From an uncultured Synergistales bacterium (GTDB lineage Bacteria > Synergistota > Synergistia > Synergistales > JAFGMB01): 64,000 bases of DNA. The stretch spans positions 21,748 to 85,747 of the forward strand of contig CAYPIU010000003.1 of NCBI GenBank assembly GCA_964410915.1, given 5' to 3'. Under the pieces are notes generated by a model, which saw only the letters and a list, made by a program, of their open reading frames with translations, did no database searches and had not been told where the DNA came from. This document shows, piece after piece, positions 25,795 to 36,162 of the stretch. Numbering within the stretch: position 1 is the first letter of the stretch; each line of letters starts with the position of its first letter. The translations under genes and the position numbers were made by a program.

Positions 25795-27735
25795 TTAAGG
25801 ATTCAACTCAAAATCCAGGTCAAGGTGTTTTTTCAGGAATCTTTCCATGGCCCTGTAAAAATCGAACTGGTTTTCCTGATTTCTGAAGCCATGCCCTTCA
25901 TTTTCCTTAACCATATATTGAACTTCCACACCATGTTCTTTCAGGGCTTTGACCATCATATCGGATTCTTTCCGGACAACCCTGGGATCATTCGCTCCCT
26001 GGGCGATAAGAACAGGATCCTCTATCCTGTCAGCGTGGAATACAGGGGAGAATTTCCTGAACATTTCCGAATCCTTTTCCGGATGACCGATTGTTCTGTA
26101 CATTCTTTCCCGCAGAATTTCCCAGTAAGGGGGGATTGATTCAAAAAGAGTGAAAAGATCAGTTACCCCTACATAATCGATACCGCAGGCATAAAGTTCC
26201 GGTGTTCTTATCAGGCCCATCAGTGCTGCGTACCCGCCGTAGGATGCTCCATAAATAGCGATCCTTTCAGGATCAGCGATGCCCTTTCGTATCAGCCATT
26301 TAACTCCGTCAGTAATATCATCCTGCTGTTTCTGTCCCCACTCCCTGAATCCAGCCATCCAGAATTCTTTCCCATATCCTGTAGATACACGGTAATTCAT
26401 ATTAAAGACTGCCATTCCCCGATTGGCAAGGAACTGTGCTTCTGCGTCATATCCCCATCTGTCCCTGGTCTCCGGGCCCCCATGTGGATTGACGACCACA
26501 GGCAGATCCTTTGGAGATCCTCCTGCTGGAATGGTCAGGTAGCCATGAACAGTCAGACCGTCCCTTGTTATGTAGGATACGGGTTTTCTGGGTGCCAGCC
26601 ATTCTTCTTTGAGCCAGGAGTAGAGGTCAGCAAGAATGGTGAACTCGCCTGGTTTTTCCACATCATAATAGTATATTCTTCCAGGCATCCTGTCGCTCGC
26701 TGCATATACCATCATTTTTGTCTCATCTCTGCTCATGCTGCTTATACCCGTGGAGTAATCAGGGAAATGTTTCTGAAAAGTGTTATAGAGTTTTTCTGTT
26801 TCACTATCAAAAAAATCTCTATGCAGTTTGTCGGTGTAATATTTAACACCAAGAAGTTTCTGGCGTTTTTCAGACCATATTATTCCTTCAATATCCACAT
26901 CTTCAGATTCATAAATTAATTCGGTGAAATCCTTTTTCTCCGGATCAAAAATGTAAAGGGCTGTTTTGTCACGTCCGATATTAGATAGAACATATAGATC
27001 TTTGTTGTTAGGGGTAAATCCTGCCGGACTGAAAGTATCAGTAAAATCTGTTGTTATAAGAGTTTTAAATGGTTCCTCTTCGGAATCCCTGTATAGAATA
27101 CTTTCTTTGAGGCCGTTGATCTCAATGGCCAGCCGGAGTTTTCCTTCATTATCAGTGCCCCATCCGGCTATATTGCCCGGATTTTCTGCCAGAAGATCCA
27201 TATTACCATTGTTCACATTTATCCTGTAGACATCGAAAAGGCGCGGATCTCTTTTGTTCATTCTTATTAAGATGTGTTCAGGATCTCCCTTTAATATATC
27301 CTCAATGCCAGCTTTAACACCTTCAAATGGCGTGAGTTCCATAAAATCCGAGCCATCCCTGTTGACTGAGAATACATGGTGGTTTTCATTACCCCCCTTG
27401 TCCTGGAGGTAGACGAGACGTTCGTTATTTACCCAGTTATAGGAATATATATCCCTGTCTTCAGAGAAGGTTATCCTTGTGGATTTGTCCTCGTTCTCCG
27501 TGTCTTTGATATAAATGTTCATTCTGTTTCTCCAGGGTTTAAGGAAAGAGTAGTGCCTGCCGTCCGGAGATAATTTAAACGCAGCCTTTGACGGTTTGCG
27601 AAAGAACTCTTCCAATGGGATAACAGGTGGTTTTTCATATCCCAGAGCTATTGATGGCAAAGAGGAAGTAAGCATTAAGCACAGCGTGGGAAGAGCAATA
27701 AAGAGAATTACCATTCTTTTCAGGAAGTTTTTCAT
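25795..27735 (-). CDS. S9-family serine peptidase (prolyl oligopeptidase/dipeptidyl aminopeptidase-like), secreted
   Basis: 646 aa with a signal peptide and a beta-propeller-like N-terminal half. The GASYGGY nucleophile elbow and a C-terminal GANDPRV...H triad context are present. Confidence 0.88.
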   Translation of the reverse strand: MKNFLKRMVILFIALPTLCLMLTSSLPSIALGYEKPPVIPLEEFFRKPSKAAFKLSPDGRHYSFLKPWRNRMNIYIKDTENEDKSTRITFSEDRDIYSYNWVNNERLVYLQDKGGNENHHVFSVNRDGSDFMELTPFEGVKAGIEDILKGDPEHILIRMNKRDPRLFDVYRINVNNGNMDLLAENPGNIAGWGTDNEGKLRLAIEINGLKESILYRDSEEEPFKTLITTDFTDTFSPAGFTPNNKDLYVLSNIGRDKTALYIFDPEKKDFTELIYESEDVDIEGIIWSEKRQKLLGVKYYTDKLHRDFFDSETEKLYNTFQKHFPDYSTGISSMSRDETKMMVYAASDRMPGRIYYYDVEKPGEFTILADLYSWLKEEWLAPRKPVSYITRDGLTVHGYLTIPAGGSPKDLPVVVNPHGGPETRDRWGYDAEAQFLANRGMAVFNMNYRVSTGYGKEFWMAGFREWGQKQQDDITDGVKWLIRKGIADPERIAIYGASYGGYAALMGLIRTPELYACGIDYVGVTDLFTLFESIPPYWEILRERMYRTIGHPEKDSEMFRKFSPVFHADRIEDPVLIAQGANDPRVVRKESDMMVKALKEHGVEVQYMVKENEGHGFRNQENQFDFYRAMERFLKKHLDLDFELNP

Positions 27736-27883
27736 TATATTTCACCCCGCGATATTCCTGTTTTGCAACTTCTGTGGTCAAGAATAGCAGACTGAAGTAA
27801 ACATGGAACAGTAATTTCTGCATTTTTTAGCGGATTATCAGTATTGATGTGAATAAAGTTGCAGCTGTATGTATCTTTTACCT

Positions 27884-29020
27884 TCATTTATTAAATTTAC
27901 CAAATCTTATAACCATTAGAGAACCGGCAAACGCAGTAACAGGGACAGTAAGAAGAAGTCCAGCTGTTCCAGCGATCCCTCTAAGTATCTCTGCTGCTAT
28001 CATGGGATCGTTAAGGACGCTCCAGAAGATAGGGTCTGAGTCTGCGATGAGAAGGGAGAGAATAAGAGAGCTTCCGAAATATGCGAGAATAAGAGTGTTT
28101 ATCATACTTCCCAGAATATCTTTGCCAACGTTCATTCCAGTTTTCATAAGCCTTCGCGCGCTTATTTCATTATCGTATTCATAGAGCTCCCCCATTGCAG
28201 AAGTTATGGATATAGCAACATCAAGCACCGCTCCGATAGCTCCAATTATTACAGATGCAAGTAGTATCCCCGGCATATTAATTTCCGGGAATGAACTGGC
28301 AAGAAGATTTCCGCCTTCAGCTGCTATTCCTGTCAACTGCCATAGAGAAATGGCGATCCATCCAATTATTGAAGCGCTGAGAGCTCCCCCCGTAGCTCCA
28401 ATAAATGCCGCTGGCCAGTAACGGAAATTTTTTATCACAAGCATTACTGTCAAAGCTGAAACTCCTGCAGAACTTGCAACTGCAACAGGTACAGGGGGAT
28501 AGCCTGCCAGTATCATGGGTATAGTCCATTTGGCCAGAAGGAAAAGAGAGAGGAAAAGGCCTAAAAGCGCCCTTGTTCCCGACATACCGGCTGCTATGCA
28601 TAAAAGGGCAGCAAGGCCTGCCAGAAAGGCCATTACAATAGGGAAACGGAAACCATCGCTGATCGAGAACATGTCATGACCATCTTCGAACCTGTCAACT
28701 GAAAGAATATATTTACGCCCTTTAACAAGTGAAAGGCGACTGTTTTTAAGGTGCTCAACTGTTACAGGATAGGTCTTACCTTTATATTCCCCTGTCAGAA
28801 AGGAAACGATCAGTTTGTATTTAACAGTCTGCCATTCGGGAGAACTATAATCTTCTTCAGGAACATTCTCCTGGATCCGATAGCCCTCAAGAGCTACTAT
28901 CCAGGCATCATCATGATCCCATCCTGTTATTACGGCCTTTTCGGCGAGGGAGTAAGCTGTTATTGAAAAGAGAAAGGTTATAACAAATATTATGACGATC
29001 TTTTTTAGATTATGTTTCAC
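27884..29020 (-). CDS. YibE/F-family membrane protein
   Basis: 378 aa with an N-terminal extracytoplasmic domain followed by a multi-TM region. The family call is from memory of typical YibE/F architecture. Confidence 0.6.
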   Translation of the reverse strand: MKHNLKKIVIIFVITFLFSITAYSLAEKAVITGWDHDDAWIVALEGYRIQENVPEEDYSSPEWQTVKYKLIVSFLTGEYKGKTYPVTVEHLKNSRLSLVKGRKYILSVDRFEDGHDMFSISDGFRFPIVMAFLAGLAALLCIAAGMSGTRALLGLFLSLFLLAKWTIPMILAGYPPVPVAVASSAGVSALTVMLVIKNFRYWPAAFIGATGGALSASIIGWIAISLWQLTGIAAEGGNLLASSFPEINMPGILLASVIIGAIGAVLDVAISITSAMGELYEYDNEISARRLMKTGMNVGKDILGSMINTLILAYFGSSLILSLLIADSDPIFWSVLNDPMIAAEILRGIAGTAGLLLTVPVTAFAGSLMVIRFGKFNK

Positions 29021-29065
29021 TTAACTACACATCCCTGGTTAAATTTGGTGTTTTTCTTACCTGGT

Positions 29066-29812
29066 TTAATGCTCAAAAATGGCATTTATACATCCGGAGG
29101 CTTCCAGAAGAGAACTTACGAACAGGTCTCTGTTTTCAAGCATGGTATTTAAAGAACCTGAAATAAGAAGACATGCCAGAAGGGTATCCTCTATTGAAAA
29201 TATCGGGGCGGCAAAAGCGGCAGCCCCATGGTCAATTTCCTGAATGCTGGAGGCATAGCCACGTTCTCTTGTTCTATGGACTTCATCCATTAACCTGTCC
29301 GGGTCTGTTATTGTAAAATCTGTTAAAGGTTTCAGCGGTGAGGAAAGGATCCTATTTCTATATTCATCGGATGAATAGGCCAGTAAGAGTTTTCCCAGTG
29401 CGCCTGCATAGTTTGGAAGTTCTCCGCCAATTTCGAAGATGTATTTTACGAAGTTATCAGATTCTATCTTGTGAATACATCTCAAACAGGTATTTTCGGG
29501 TATTGCAAGAATAACGGTCTGTCCCGTCACTGCAACAAGGTTTCGCATGGCGGGATCGCTTTGTTTTACAAGTTCCTTCCGCAATCTCCATTCATTTGCG
29601 AAAACCAGGAATCTGGAACTTATCCTGTACTTTTGATCTACATCCTGGAATGCCCAGCCTGATCCCTGTAAAGATGAAAGGATCCTGTGTACAGTAGAGC
29701 GGGGTAAAGCTGTCAATGATGAAATATCCCTTATGCTCCCGCCGTCCTTAAGGGATAGTAGGATTTCCATTATATCAACGACTTTTTCAGGAATTGTCCG
29801 TCTTTCCTGCAC
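29066..29812 (-). CDS. IclR-family transcriptional regulator
   Basis: 248 aa with an N-terminal wHTH (ISSLTALPRSTVHRILSSLQ) and a C-terminal IclR effector domain. Confidence 0.88.
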   Translation of the reverse strand: MQERRTIPEKVVDIMEILLSLKDGGSIRDISSLTALPRSTVHRILSSLQGSGWAFQDVDQKYRISSRFLVFANEWRLRKELVKQSDPAMRNLVAVTGQTVILAIPENTCLRCIHKIESDNFVKYIFEIGGELPNYAGALGKLLLAYSSDEYRNRILSSPLKPLTDFTITDPDRLMDEVHRTRERGYASSIQEIDHGAAAFAAPIFSIEDTLLACLLISGSLNTMLENRDLFVSSLLEASGCINAIFEH

Positions 29813-30158
29813 AACGATCCCTCCATTGAGTTCTAAGATATCAAATAAATAATATCATCTAAGCATATCCTGAAAGCGGGAACAAGACCATGGTCTCCAG
29901 AAAGTCGGAGTATTATGTATGCACAAAAGAATCTTGAGTTAAATACGAATATTTAGCAAATTGTTTGACTGAATAGCTCAGTGTGGTACCATAATATTAT
30001 CAAAAACAAAACGTGATTTTGCAATGTGAAATATATCGTCTTTTTTAGTTTTGCGAAGTTAAGGTTTTTCGATGTTGAGGATCCTGCTTTGGTTAATGTC
30101 AATGTTATGAGAGACGGCGAAAAGGTGATCTTTCTAAATTTGTTCAGGGAGGTTTATC

Positions 30159-31316
30159 ATGAGAAAAGCGACGAGAGTTTCCGGTTTTCCCAGATCCGGG
30201 ATACGCAAGATGTCTGCTATGGCAATGGAGATGGACGATGTAGTTACCCTCTGTATTGGTGAACCCGATTTTGACACTCCGCCTCATATAGTAAAAGCCT
30301 GTGAAAGAGCCATGGAAGAAGGTTATACCCACTATCCGCCAAGTGGAGGGTATGAAGACCTGAGGTCAGCTGTTGCACAAAAATACAGCAAAAAGACGGG
30401 TATAGATTATGGTCTTGAGAATGTGATAATCACCAGCGGTTCAACTCAGGGACTTTTTCATACTTTTTTCAGCACCCTTAACCCGGGTGACGAAGTGATA
30501 GTTCCAGACCCCTATTATCCTAATTATCTCGGTCAGTTCCATCTTGCCGGGGTCAATGTCCGTTTTGTTCCAGTCAGAGAAGAGAGTGGTTTCCGTCTTC
30601 AAGTTGAAGATCTGGAAAATACACTGACCTCAAAAACAAAAGCAGTTCTTATAAATTCCCCCAATAATCCAACAGGAGCTGTACTGGAAGAGGAGGATCT
30701 GGTAAAGATAGCAGACTTTGCCATAAGAAATGATCTTGTTGTGGTTTCAGACGAGGTATACGACGAGATTATCTATGATGGCAGAAAATACTCAAGTATT
30801 GCGAGTATTCCGGAAATGAAAGAAAGAGTCGTTATAAATAACGGTTTTTCCAAAACATATGCAATGACAGGATGGAGGCTTGGTTATGTCCTGGCTCCTG
30901 CAGAATATGTAAGTTCTTCTGTCTTCCTGCAGGAATCCTTTATTTCATGTGGCCCCGCTTTCATCCAGAGAGCTGCCCTTGAAGCATTAAATGGCCCGCA
31001 GAAATGTGTCGCTGAAATGCTTGAAAAATATTCCCGCCGCAGATCGCTGATCATAGAAGGTCTGAATGATATTCCCGGGGTTACCTGTTTACCAACTTCA
31101 GGTGCTTTTTATGCTTTCCCAAATATTAAACAGTTTGGAAAGACTTCAGAGGATTTCGCTGTCGACCTGTTGAAAAAAGCAGGAGTTGCCACAGTTCCAG
31201 GTTCATATTTTGGAGCTAATGGAGAGGGATATCTTCGCCTGAGTTATGCGACCTCTGATGAAAATATCAGGGAAGCTCTTAAAAGATTCAAGCAGTATGT
31301 GCAGAAATATTATTGA
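30159..31316 (+). CDS. Class I/II PLP aminotransferase (aspartate/aromatic aminotransferase-like)
   Basis: 385 aa. Contains LCIGEPDFDTP, NSPNNPTG, FSKTYAMTGWRLGY (PLP lysine motif) and RLSYA. Confidence 0.9.
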   Translation: MRKATRVSGFPRSGIRKMSAMAMEMDDVVTLCIGEPDFDTPPHIVKACERAMEEGYTHYPPSGGYEDLRSAVAQKYSKKTGIDYGLENVIITSGSTQGLFHTFFSTLNPGDEVIVPDPYYPNYLGQFHLAGVNVRFVPVREESGFRLQVEDLENTLTSKTKAVLINSPNNPTGAVLEEEDLVKIADFAIRNDLVVVSDEVYDEIIYDGRKYSSIASIPEMKERVVINNGFSKTYAMTGWRLGYVLAPAEYVSSSVFLQESFISCGPAFIQRAALEALNGPQKCVAEMLEKYSRRRSLIIEGLNDIPGVTCLPTSGAFYAFPNIKQFGKTSEDFAVDLLKKAGVATVPGSYFGANGEGYLRLSYATSDENIREALKRFKQYVQKYY

Positions 31317-31591
31317 ACCATAGAAAAAGATGTTTTCAAACTTGATTTATCCTGGAAGAACCTTCATTTCAGAGGATCGAGGTGGTCAATGGTCAGTTGT
31401 TTGTGAGAGAGGATATCAGAGTGGGTAAATTCTTTAGTCAAGGAAACTGACGAGCCTGACATGTCATTCAGCAGTCGCAGCATTGTAGTTTTTTGAGTAT
31501 TTAAGTAATGGTAGTGTCTTTTTCAATTAGTATTTTGTGAGTTGTTCTACTTGGGGAGTAAATTCTAAATTCTGTTAAGGGGGACGTTACA

Positions 31592-32980
31592 ATGCCTGCT
31601 ATTTTGCAACTTGCTCTGAATTTTTCCGGCTGGATCTGGGGTTTACCAATGATCCTTCTGATAGTTACAGCTGCCGTTTATTTTACGCTGCGGCTGAGGT
31701 TCATGCAGTTTGCTCATCTTGTGTATATTGTTAAACAGCTTTTCAGAAAATCTACATTGGCAGGTACAGGTGCCGGTGTTGGTACTATAACGGCTTTTCA
31801 GTCCTTTGCCGCAAGTCTTGGTGGAGTTATAGGTGCTGGAAATATTGTAGGTGTTTCTGTAGCAGTACTATACGGAGGGCCGGGAGCAATATTCTGGATG
31901 GTCATCATCGCTCTTATAGGGGCTGTAAATAACTTTGCAGAGATAACATTAGGCCAGAAATACAGGGAGGTCAACGCGGCCGGGGAATATGTCGGGGGCC
32001 CCATGTATTACATAGCTAAAGGCTTAAATGTGAAATGGCTGGGAACAATATGGGCTTGTTTGTTCATAATCGACATGATCATTGCCATGATGGTCCAGGC
32101 TAATTCCATTGCAGGTTCAATGCTCGAGTCTTTCAGCGTAAGTCCTGTAATATCAGGTCTTTTCATTATGGGCCTTGTTGGAATAGTTACGATCGGAGGC
32201 ATTAAGAGGATAGGTAAAGTAGCCGCAAGGCTTGTTCCTGTTATGGCATCACTTTATGTAGGGGCCGCACTTCTGATAGTTGTCCTTAATATCGGAGCGC
32301 TTCCAGGTGTCATAAAAATGATCATTTCATCTGCATTCCATCCTGCAGCTGCCACGGGAGGTTTTGGCGGAGCAACTATAGTAACAGCTTTGAGGTGGGG
32401 TGTCGCCAGGGGCGTTTATTCCAATGAGTCAGGTATGGGAACTACACCTATCATGCATGCGCCCGCAAAAGTTGACCATCCCTGCAGACAGGGTTTTCTC
32501 GGGATCGTTTCTGTTTATATCGACACCATTATAGTATGTGTTGCCACAGCACTGGTTATCATGACTTCAGGACTCTGGACGACAACCGCAGCATTTGAAA
32601 ATCCTGCAGGTCTCACAGCTATGGCTTTTTCACAGCATCTTGGGCCGGTTGGCGGCTGGATCGTTACTCTTTCACTGACCCTCTTTGCCTTTACAACTCT
32701 TTTCAATGTTCCTTATATGTGTGAAAAGTGTGCAGAATTTTTTGGCGGTCTTAAAATTGGAGTGGCAGTCAGATATATTCTCGTGGCTGTAACGATCATA
32801 GGAGCTATGGGAAAAGCTGAAGTCGTTTGGCAGTTCCTTGATCTTGCACTTGCCTCTATCGTCCTTCCAAATCTGATAGTTCTTCTGGTATTAGGAAAGA
32901 AGGTCCTGGAGGAGAAAACAGAGTTTTTCAACACACCGGGTAAATTCTATCTGAAAGATGTAGAGTCCGGGAAAGAGTAA
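31592..32980 (+). CDS. Alanine/glycine:cation symporter (AGCS) family transporter
   Basis: 462 aa polytopic protein. YSNESGMGTTPIMHA matches the AGCS signature region. Confidence 0.88.
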   Translation: MPAILQLALNFSGWIWGLPMILLIVTAAVYFTLRLRFMQFAHLVYIVKQLFRKSTLAGTGAGVGTITAFQSFAASLGGVIGAGNIVGVSVAVLYGGPGAIFWMVIIALIGAVNNFAEITLGQKYREVNAAGEYVGGPMYYIAKGLNVKWLGTIWACLFIIDMIIAMMVQANSIAGSMLESFSVSPVISGLFIMGLVGIVTIGGIKRIGKVAARLVPVMASLYVGAALLIVVLNIGALPGVIKMIISSAFHPAAATGGFGGATIVTALRWGVARGVYSNESGMGTTPIMHAPAKVDHPCRQGFLGIVSVYIDTIIVCVATALVIMTSGLWTTTAAFENPAGLTAMAFSQHLGPVGGWIVTLSLTLFAFTTLFNVPYMCEKCAEFFGGLKIGVAVRYILVAVTIIGAMGKAEVVWQFLDLALASIVLPNLIVLLVLGKKVLEEKTEFFNTPGKFYLKDVESGKE

Positions 32981-33064
32981 CTGTTGATAGATTTCCTTTA
33001 AGATCATTGGGCCTCCCGATAAAGGGTTTTAAAGGGTCCGGGGTCAGGAATTGTTAAGAAAGTC

Positions 33065-33098
33065 AGGGCAAGGGAGATTTTTTACACTCCCTTGCCCT
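33065..33098 (+). terminator. Intrinsic terminator after the AGCS gene
   Basis: agggcaagggag-(10 nt)-ctcccttgccct, a perfect 12-bp stem, followed by ttcatattttt. Confidence 0.7.
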
Positions 33099-33309
33099 TT
33101 CATATTTTTAGCAGTTGCTGGATCTCCGGGGTGTTTTCGTTAAAAGAGGCTTATCGGGGCTGCCACGGAAGGTGTATTGCTTTGAATGGACAGGGTAAAT
33201 GTGCGTTTGGTCAATAAGTTGACGGAAAAATCCTGAAGAGTAAAATAACTCAATGAATATGGGACAAGCGTCCCATATAGAATCTGAAAAAAATCTGGAG
33301 GTTTCAAAA

Positions 33310-34545
33310 ATGAGAGCTGACGGGCACCGTATAGATAAACTCTTGAAAAAACTCGCGCTTCATAATATCACACCCGGTAAAGGTCTTACCAGGCCAAGTT
33401 ACTCCAGCGAATATATGGGTGTATGCAGAGAATTGATCGAGATGATGAAGGAGCTTGGAATGAAGGTCTGTATGGATGAGATCGGTAATATTGTTGGGAG
33501 GAAAGAAGGAAAACGTCCTGAATTGCCGGCAGTATGTATCGGTTCCCATATGGATTCTGTAAGGAACGGCGGTATTTATGATGGTCCGGGGGGTGTAGTT
33601 GCAGGGCTTGAGGCTGTCAGGCTGATAATGGAAAACAATATTGAACATGACCATTCGTTACATGTCATGTCCTTTGTTGAAGAAGAGGGTACAGGTCTTC
33701 AGTCAGGGCTTCTCGGTAGTCGCTGGTTCAATGGAGAGGCATGCTGGGAAGATATCGAAAAACTGAAATATGAAAATTCGGAAAATGCTGTAGATGCAGT
33801 CAGAAGATTCCGTAATGAATTCCCTGATATCCCCTTTTTTGATGAAGTTTCTTTTGATCCTGAAAATATTCGTGCCTTTATGGAGGTTCATATTGAACAG
33901 GGCCCTGTTCTGGAGAACAATGAGATCCGTCTTGGAGTAGTATCGGCAATAGCAGGAACTTCAACCATCGAGGTCAGTGTCTCAGGGAGGCCTGACCATG
34001 CGGGAAGCACGCCTATGGACATGAGGTCCGATGCATTTGAAGTGGCAGCACATACAGCTGTCGAAATGTACCGTTACGCCAGAAGCTTTCCTCACGCTGT
34101 AGCAACTGTGGGAAGGCTCGAGGTCCCTGGTGGTTCATCCAACAGGGTACCGGATAGAACATGGTTTACCATCGACCTCCGATCTGCAGATCCGGAGGTT
34201 ATGGATTCGCTTATTCCCCATGCAAAGGAGACTCTTGAACAGCTTTCTTCCAGAAGCGGTACTTCAGTATCAGTTTCCACAAGCCATTTTGTACCCCCGA
34301 TAGAACTGGATAAGGAACTTAGACACATCCTTTTAAAACATGCCCGGAAGCTTACAGATGCAATGGAAATAAACAGCGGCGCAGCCCATGATTCTCTTGT
34401 AATGGCTAAACATTATCCAGTGGCGATGCTTTTTGTACCATGCACAGGCGGCAGGAGCCACTGTCCTGAAGAATCAGCTGATCCCGGGGATTTTGCCCTT
34501 TCTGTAGATGTAATGGTTCAGACCTTTCTCGAGATCGACAGGTAG
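33310..34545 (+). CDS. M20 amidase of the hydantoinase/carbamoylase family (allantoate amidohydrolase / N-carbamoyl-amino-acid hydrolase-like)
   Basis: GSHMDSVRNGGIYDGPGGV is typical of this family. The start was moved to the ATG at 33310, 8 nt after a GGAGG; the track start is 33253. Confidence 0.85.
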   Translation: MRADGHRIDKLLKKLALHNITPGKGLTRPSYSSEYMGVCRELIEMMKELGMKVCMDEIGNIVGRKEGKRPELPAVCIGSHMDSVRNGGIYDGPGGVVAGLEAVRLIMENNIEHDHSLHVMSFVEEEGTGLQSGLLGSRWFNGEACWEDIEKLKYENSENAVDAVRRFRNEFPDIPFFDEVSFDPENIRAFMEVHIEQGPVLENNEIRLGVVSAIAGTSTIEVSVSGRPDHAGSTPMDMRSDAFEVAAHTAVEMYRYARSFPHAVATVGRLEVPGGSSNRVPDRTWFTIDLRSADPEVMDSLIPHAKETLEQLSSRSGTSVSVSTSHFVPPIELDKELRHILLKHARKLTDAMEINSGAAHDSLVMAKHYPVAMLFVPCTGGRSHCPEESADPGDFALSVDVMVQTFLEIDR

Positions 34546-34686
34546 ATCTCATAATATCCGGATCTTATACCCCGATCACCTGAATGTTTTGTTCAAGGGA
34601 AATATTTTCTAAAAGAGGAGGTGAACAGGGCTTCAACAGGAGTATCTGAAACAGGTTTTATTATAATTTGAGAGGAGATATTATTA

Positions 34687-36096
34687 ATGGCTACAGGAAA
34701 CAACAATGTAAAATGGTATGAAAGACTGCCTCATCCATACGTTATTCTTTTTTTAATTATTGTTCTCGCTACTATTATGACCTACCTTATTCCTGCAGGT
34801 CTGTACGACAGGGTTGAGATGGTCGTAGGATCCAGGACCAGAATGGGAGTTGATCCATCAACATTCCATTACATTGCACAGAATCCCGTGGGATTTTTTG
34901 ATATGTTCCTTGCCATTCCCAAGGGTCTTATCAGCGCGGCAAGCATAATGGTTATAGTTTTTGCTTCCGGCGGTCTTTTCAAGGTTCTTGAAGAATCCGG
35001 AGCCTTGGAAAACGGTGTTGGTGTTGCAGTAAAACATCTTGGAACCAACCATGAAAGCAAACTGCTCTGGATCGTAACCTTTATCTTTGCTTTCCTCGGA
35101 GCGGCGGTAGGTTTTGAAAATCTGATTGCACTTGTCCCCATCGCAGTGTTTGTATCTATAGCCCTGGGAGGAGACCTTTTAGTTGGTGCCGGTATATCCA
35201 TTGGAGCTCTTGGTATTGCTTTTGCCACCTCTCCCATAAATCCTTACACTGTAGGGACTTCTGACTTCATTGCCCAGCTGCCAATGTTCTCGGGGTGGCC
35301 CCTTCGTACAGCTTTCTGCCTTGCGGCAGTAATATTGACTGGTATGCATACCATTAAATATTTTAAAAAAGTCAAAGCTGATCCTTCCAAAAGTTTTGTC
35401 AAAGATATCAGTACTGAAGGTTTTGACCTTACTCACGCTATTGAAGATTACAAACTTTCCGGTCAGGATAAACTTGTCCTTGGAGGTTTTGGTGTAGGTC
35501 TTGTCATAATGCTCTGGGGTATTTTCCAGCATCACTGGTACATCAACGAAATGTCCGCAGTATTTGTTATCCTGGCTATTGCACTTGGTTTCATGGCGAA
35601 GATGGGACCGAGCAGAATAGCAGCTCTTATGATAGAAGGTGCCAGCGGTGTAGCCGGCGGGGCATTAGTTGTTGGTGTTGCCAGGGCGATCCAGGTTGTT
35701 CTTGAGCAGGGACAGATACAGGATACTATCGTTAATTCTCTTGCAACTCCGTTACAGCATCTCAGCGTTACCGTATCCGCTGTTCTCATGACACTTGTTC
35801 ACTGTGTGGTCAACTTCTTTATCCCATCAGGCAGCGGACAGGCCATGGCTACCATGCCCATAATGATCCCTCTCAGTGACGTTATAGGCATGACAAGGCA
35901 GACTGCAATTCTTGCCTTCCAGGTCGGTGACGGTGTTACTAACATGATCTATCCTACCCTTGGAGGACTCCTTGCAATGCTTGCTCTTGCCAGGGTCCCA
36001 TTTGACAAGTGGTTCCGTTTTGCATTCCCGCTCGTTCTGAAGATACTCGTGGTTAGCTGGATATTCCTTATTGTAGCAGTCCAGATAGGTTATTAG
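34687..36096 (+). CDS. YfcC-family (DcuC/NhaC-superfamily-like) membrane transporter
   Basis: 469 aa. The N-terminus ...LPHPYVILFLIIVLATIMTYLIPAGLYD is typical of YfcC proteins. Confidence 0.8.
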   Translation: MATGNNNVKWYERLPHPYVILFLIIVLATIMTYLIPAGLYDRVEMVVGSRTRMGVDPSTFHYIAQNPVGFFDMFLAIPKGLISAASIMVIVFASGGLFKVLEESGALENGVGVAVKHLGTNHESKLLWIVTFIFAFLGAAVGFENLIALVPIAVFVSIALGGDLLVGAGISIGALGIAFATSPINPYTVGTSDFIAQLPMFSGWPLRTAFCLAAVILTGMHTIKYFKKVKADPSKSFVKDISTEGFDLTHAIEDYKLSGQDKLVLGGFGVGLVIMLWGIFQHHWYINEMSAVFVILAIALGFMAKMGPSRIAALMIEGASGVAGGALVVGVARAIQVVLEQGQIQDTIVNSLATPLQHLSVTVSAVLMTLVHCVVNFFIPSGSGQAMATMPIMIPLSDVIGMTRQTAILAFQVGDGVTNMIYPTLGGLLAMLALARVPFDKWFRFAFPLVLKILVVSWIFLIVAVQIGY

Positions 36097-36162
36097 GCTT
36101 ATATAGTGATAATATAAAAGGGGACGGAGAAAAATTATCTGTCCCCTTTTAGTAAAGGGGGA

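Noticed and set aside
27755-27790. A sigma-54-like TTGCA element upstream of the S9 peptidase gene.
   Set aside because: There is no GG dinucleotide at the required -24 spacing. A sigma70-like TTGACC-N17-GGAATA arrangement explains the region better.
31317-31591. A possible glycine riboswitch upstream of the AGCS symporter.
   Set aside because: The conserved GGAGAG...ACCGAAGGGGCAA-type cores are absent. Only a 10-bp palindrome, TGACATGTCA (31457-31466), which looks more like a protein operator, was seen.
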